Source: an uncultured virus (IMG/VR IMGVR_UViG_3300048549_001676) (lineage: Duplodnaviria > Heunggongvirae > Uroviricota > Caudoviricetes). Taken from it: a stretch of DNA of 20,000 nt. Location: the IMG/VR virus record IMGVR_UViG_3300048549_001676; one strand, given 5' to 3'. Of this stretch, positions 18,643 through 20,000 are shown piece after piece (the stretch's first letter is position 1; each line of letters begins with the position of its first letter). The notes under the pieces are model-generated. The model was not told the origin of the DNA, made no database searches, and saw only the letters and a list, made by a program, of their open reading frames with translations. Made by a program: the position numbers and the translations under genes.

Positions 18643-18645
18643 TTC

Positions 18646-19287
18646 TCATTCTCCAAATTCATATCCGAAATACTCAATGTCTTTTGCGTATTTTTCCGCA
18701 ACGATTTGCTTCGTTTCTTCATCGTAGTATTCGGTATAGTGTTTATGATTTGAACTATTTTTATGTGGAAGTTGTTGTTGTGGAATTTTAATTTTGTCGC
18801 AGACGATATCAAAATCTTCTTGAAAATTTTCAGTTCTACCGATGAAATCTAATAAATTATTTCCGGTTTCATCACAAACCCAATCGTAGCATGGGTGGAC
18901 GTGTAAACTTCCTACATATTGTTTTAAATTTTTAAATTTTTTAAATAATTTAACACATTCCAAATAATGTTCGTGGTCACCTTTTTTGTATTTCTCCCAC
19001 ATATGCTTAGATTTCTTCTTATAGTTCCAATTAGATACGATTCTATCATAAGGATTTCTAACGAATGTAAACTTAAAGTATCCATCCCAATACCAGTTCA
19101 TATCCTCAAAATGATGTTTTAGTTCATTTGATTTAATATGCCAGTTTTTGTGATAAAAACTATCAATATCATTGTTAAAATTATTGGAATTTATATCTGC
19201 AAATGGTTCAAGAGTGTTTCTCATAGTTATACTTGCACATTTTGTTGGTGCAATATAAACAAATTTATGCTTATGTGATATTATCAT
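18646..19287 (-). CDS. Sulfotransferase family 2 paralog
   Basis: PTKCASIT, FVRNPYDRIVS, DFIGRTENFQEDF, conserved tail. Confidence 0.9.
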   Translation of the reverse strand: MIISHKHKFVYIAPTKCASITMRNTLEPFADINSNNFNNDIDSFYHKNWHIKSNELKHHFEDMNWYWDGYFKFTFVRNPYDRIVSNWNYKKKSKHMWEKYKKGDHEHYLECVKLFKKFKNLKQYVGSLHVHPCYDWVCDETGNNLLDFIGRTENFQEDFDIVCDKIKIPQQQLPHKNSSNHKHYTEYYDEETKQIVAEKYAKDIEYFGYEFGE

Positions 19288-19290
19288 CTC

Positions 19291-19935
19291 TCATTCTCCA
19301 AATTCATATTTGAAATACTCAATATCTTTTGCATACTTTTCAGCAACAAGTTGACGAGTTTCATCGTCATAATATTCAGTATAGTGTTTGTGTTTTGTTT
19401 TGTTTTTGTGAGGAAGTTTTTGCCTTGGAATTCCTATTTTGTCGCAGATATAATCAAAATCTTCTTGTAGGTTTTCAGTTCTACCGATGAAATCTAATAA
19501 ATTATTTTCGTCTTTGTCAGATATAAATTCCGATGATGTCCTTGGAAACCATAATGGGTTTTCTGCACGAACAAAGCTTTTAAAATCTTTATGTGTGGTG
19601 ACTATCTCATTGCAGAGGTTTTTCCAATATTCTCCACCATCTGGGATTCCATTTTGTTGGTGTGATTGATACTCAGTTTGTATGTAATTCCACCAAGATA
19701 CAAGTCTGTTGTATGGATTTCTTACAAATGTAAATTTAAAATAATCATCCCAATTCCAGTTTTTTTTCTCGAAATGCGTTTGAAGTTGCTCTGCACTTAC
19801 ATGGTGAAAATAAGGTTTATTAAAGTCACCTTGACTTTTTATATCACTATACTCATTAAGAATATACCGAATGGAGGTGCTACCTGTTTTTGTAATGGAA
19901 GTACAAACAAACTTATGTTTATGTGATATTCTCAT
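19291..19935 (-). CDS. Sulfotransferase family 2 paralog
   Basis: ITKTGSTS, FVRNPYNRLVSWW, DFIGRTENLQEDF, conserved tail. Confidence 0.9.
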   Translation of the reverse strand: MRISHKHKFVCTSITKTGSTSIRYILNEYSDIKSQGDFNKPYFHHVSAEQLQTHFEKKNWNWDDYFKFTFVRNPYNRLVSWWNYIQTEYQSHQQNGIPDGGEYWKNLCNEIVTTHKDFKSFVRAENPLWFPRTSSEFISDKDENNLLDFIGRTENLQEDFDYICDKIGIPRQKLPHKNKTKHKHYTEYYDDETRQLVAEKYAKDIEYFKYEFGE

Positions 19936-19937
19936 TT

Positions 19938-20000
19938 TTATTCCCCAAATTTGTAATTAAAATACTCGATGTCTTTTGCGTATTTTTCCGCAACGATTTG
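19938..20000 (-). CDS. 3' end of another gene carrying the shared tail (probably a further sulfotransferase)
   Basis: Hand translation [20 protein letters not shown], with TAA at 19938-19940; the gene body lies outside the window. Confidence 0.75.
   Translation of the reverse strand, partial: QIVAEKYAKDIEYFNYKFGE

Larger units (their letters stand above)
18004..20000 (-). repeat. Tandem array of ~645-bp paralogous gene units
   Basis: Stops at 18004, 18646, 19291 and 19938 (period 642, 645, 647). An identical 23-mer ccgatgaaatctaataaattatt occurs at 18197, 18839 and 19484. Confidence 0.9.

Noticed and set aside
583..19926. Plus-strand and nested short ORFs in the ORF track
   Set aside because: They are antisense or out-of-frame shadows of well-supported genes with no motifs. 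Their mutual similarity (e.g. 5541, 6629) just mirrors the tail repeat.
18004..20000. CRISPR-like or classical integron (attC) array
   Set aside because: The period of ~645 bp consists of paralogous CDSs; there is no cas or integrase gene and no attC-like extended palindrome.
1..20000. Stop-codon reassignment (none of the called genes ends in TAG)
   Set aside because: Genes tile the window intact under the standard code with no TAG-fragmented frames; TAG is expected to be rare in AT-rich DNA.
1..20000. tRNA, rRNA, ncRNA genes or intrinsic terminators
   Set aside because: The largest intergenic gaps are under 45 nt and contain no GC-rich hairpin or cloverleaf.

Overview
AT-rich window, almost entirely coding, with about 26 tightly packed genes all on the minus strand (ATGA/GTGA/TAATG overlaps, GGAG-type Shine-Dalgarno sites, standard code). 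It is a glycan-building and glycan-sulfation island. It holds about 11 soluble glycosyltransferase-like genes (GT25 x2, GT2/GT7-like, GT32, GT31, GT77, PLOD-type, two fucosyltransferase-like GT-B, two unassigned GT-A-like), a GDP-mannose 3,5-epimerase, 7 complete Sulfotransfer_2 paralogs plus the 3' end of a probable eighth, and one Sulfotransfer_1 enzyme. Also present are an alpha/beta hydrolase, two DUF1796-like genes, a ParB/Srx-domain protein and a stand-alone MORC-like GHKL ATPase. No membrane flippase, polymerase or exporter is visible, which suggests a large dsDNA phage rather than a bacterial capsule locus (inference; no viral hallmark gene in the window). Main observations: (1) the sulfotransferase genes share a 3' DNA module, up to 106 bp identical, that also supplies the next gene's ribosome-binding site and has been captured by an unrelated hydrolase, suggesting a homology-driven gene-cassette shuffling system; (2) a PLOD/LH3-type glycosyltransferase that appears circularly permuted; (3) a gene set compatible with a sulfated L-galactose-containing glycan. 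Family calls are from motif recognition by eye, not database searches.
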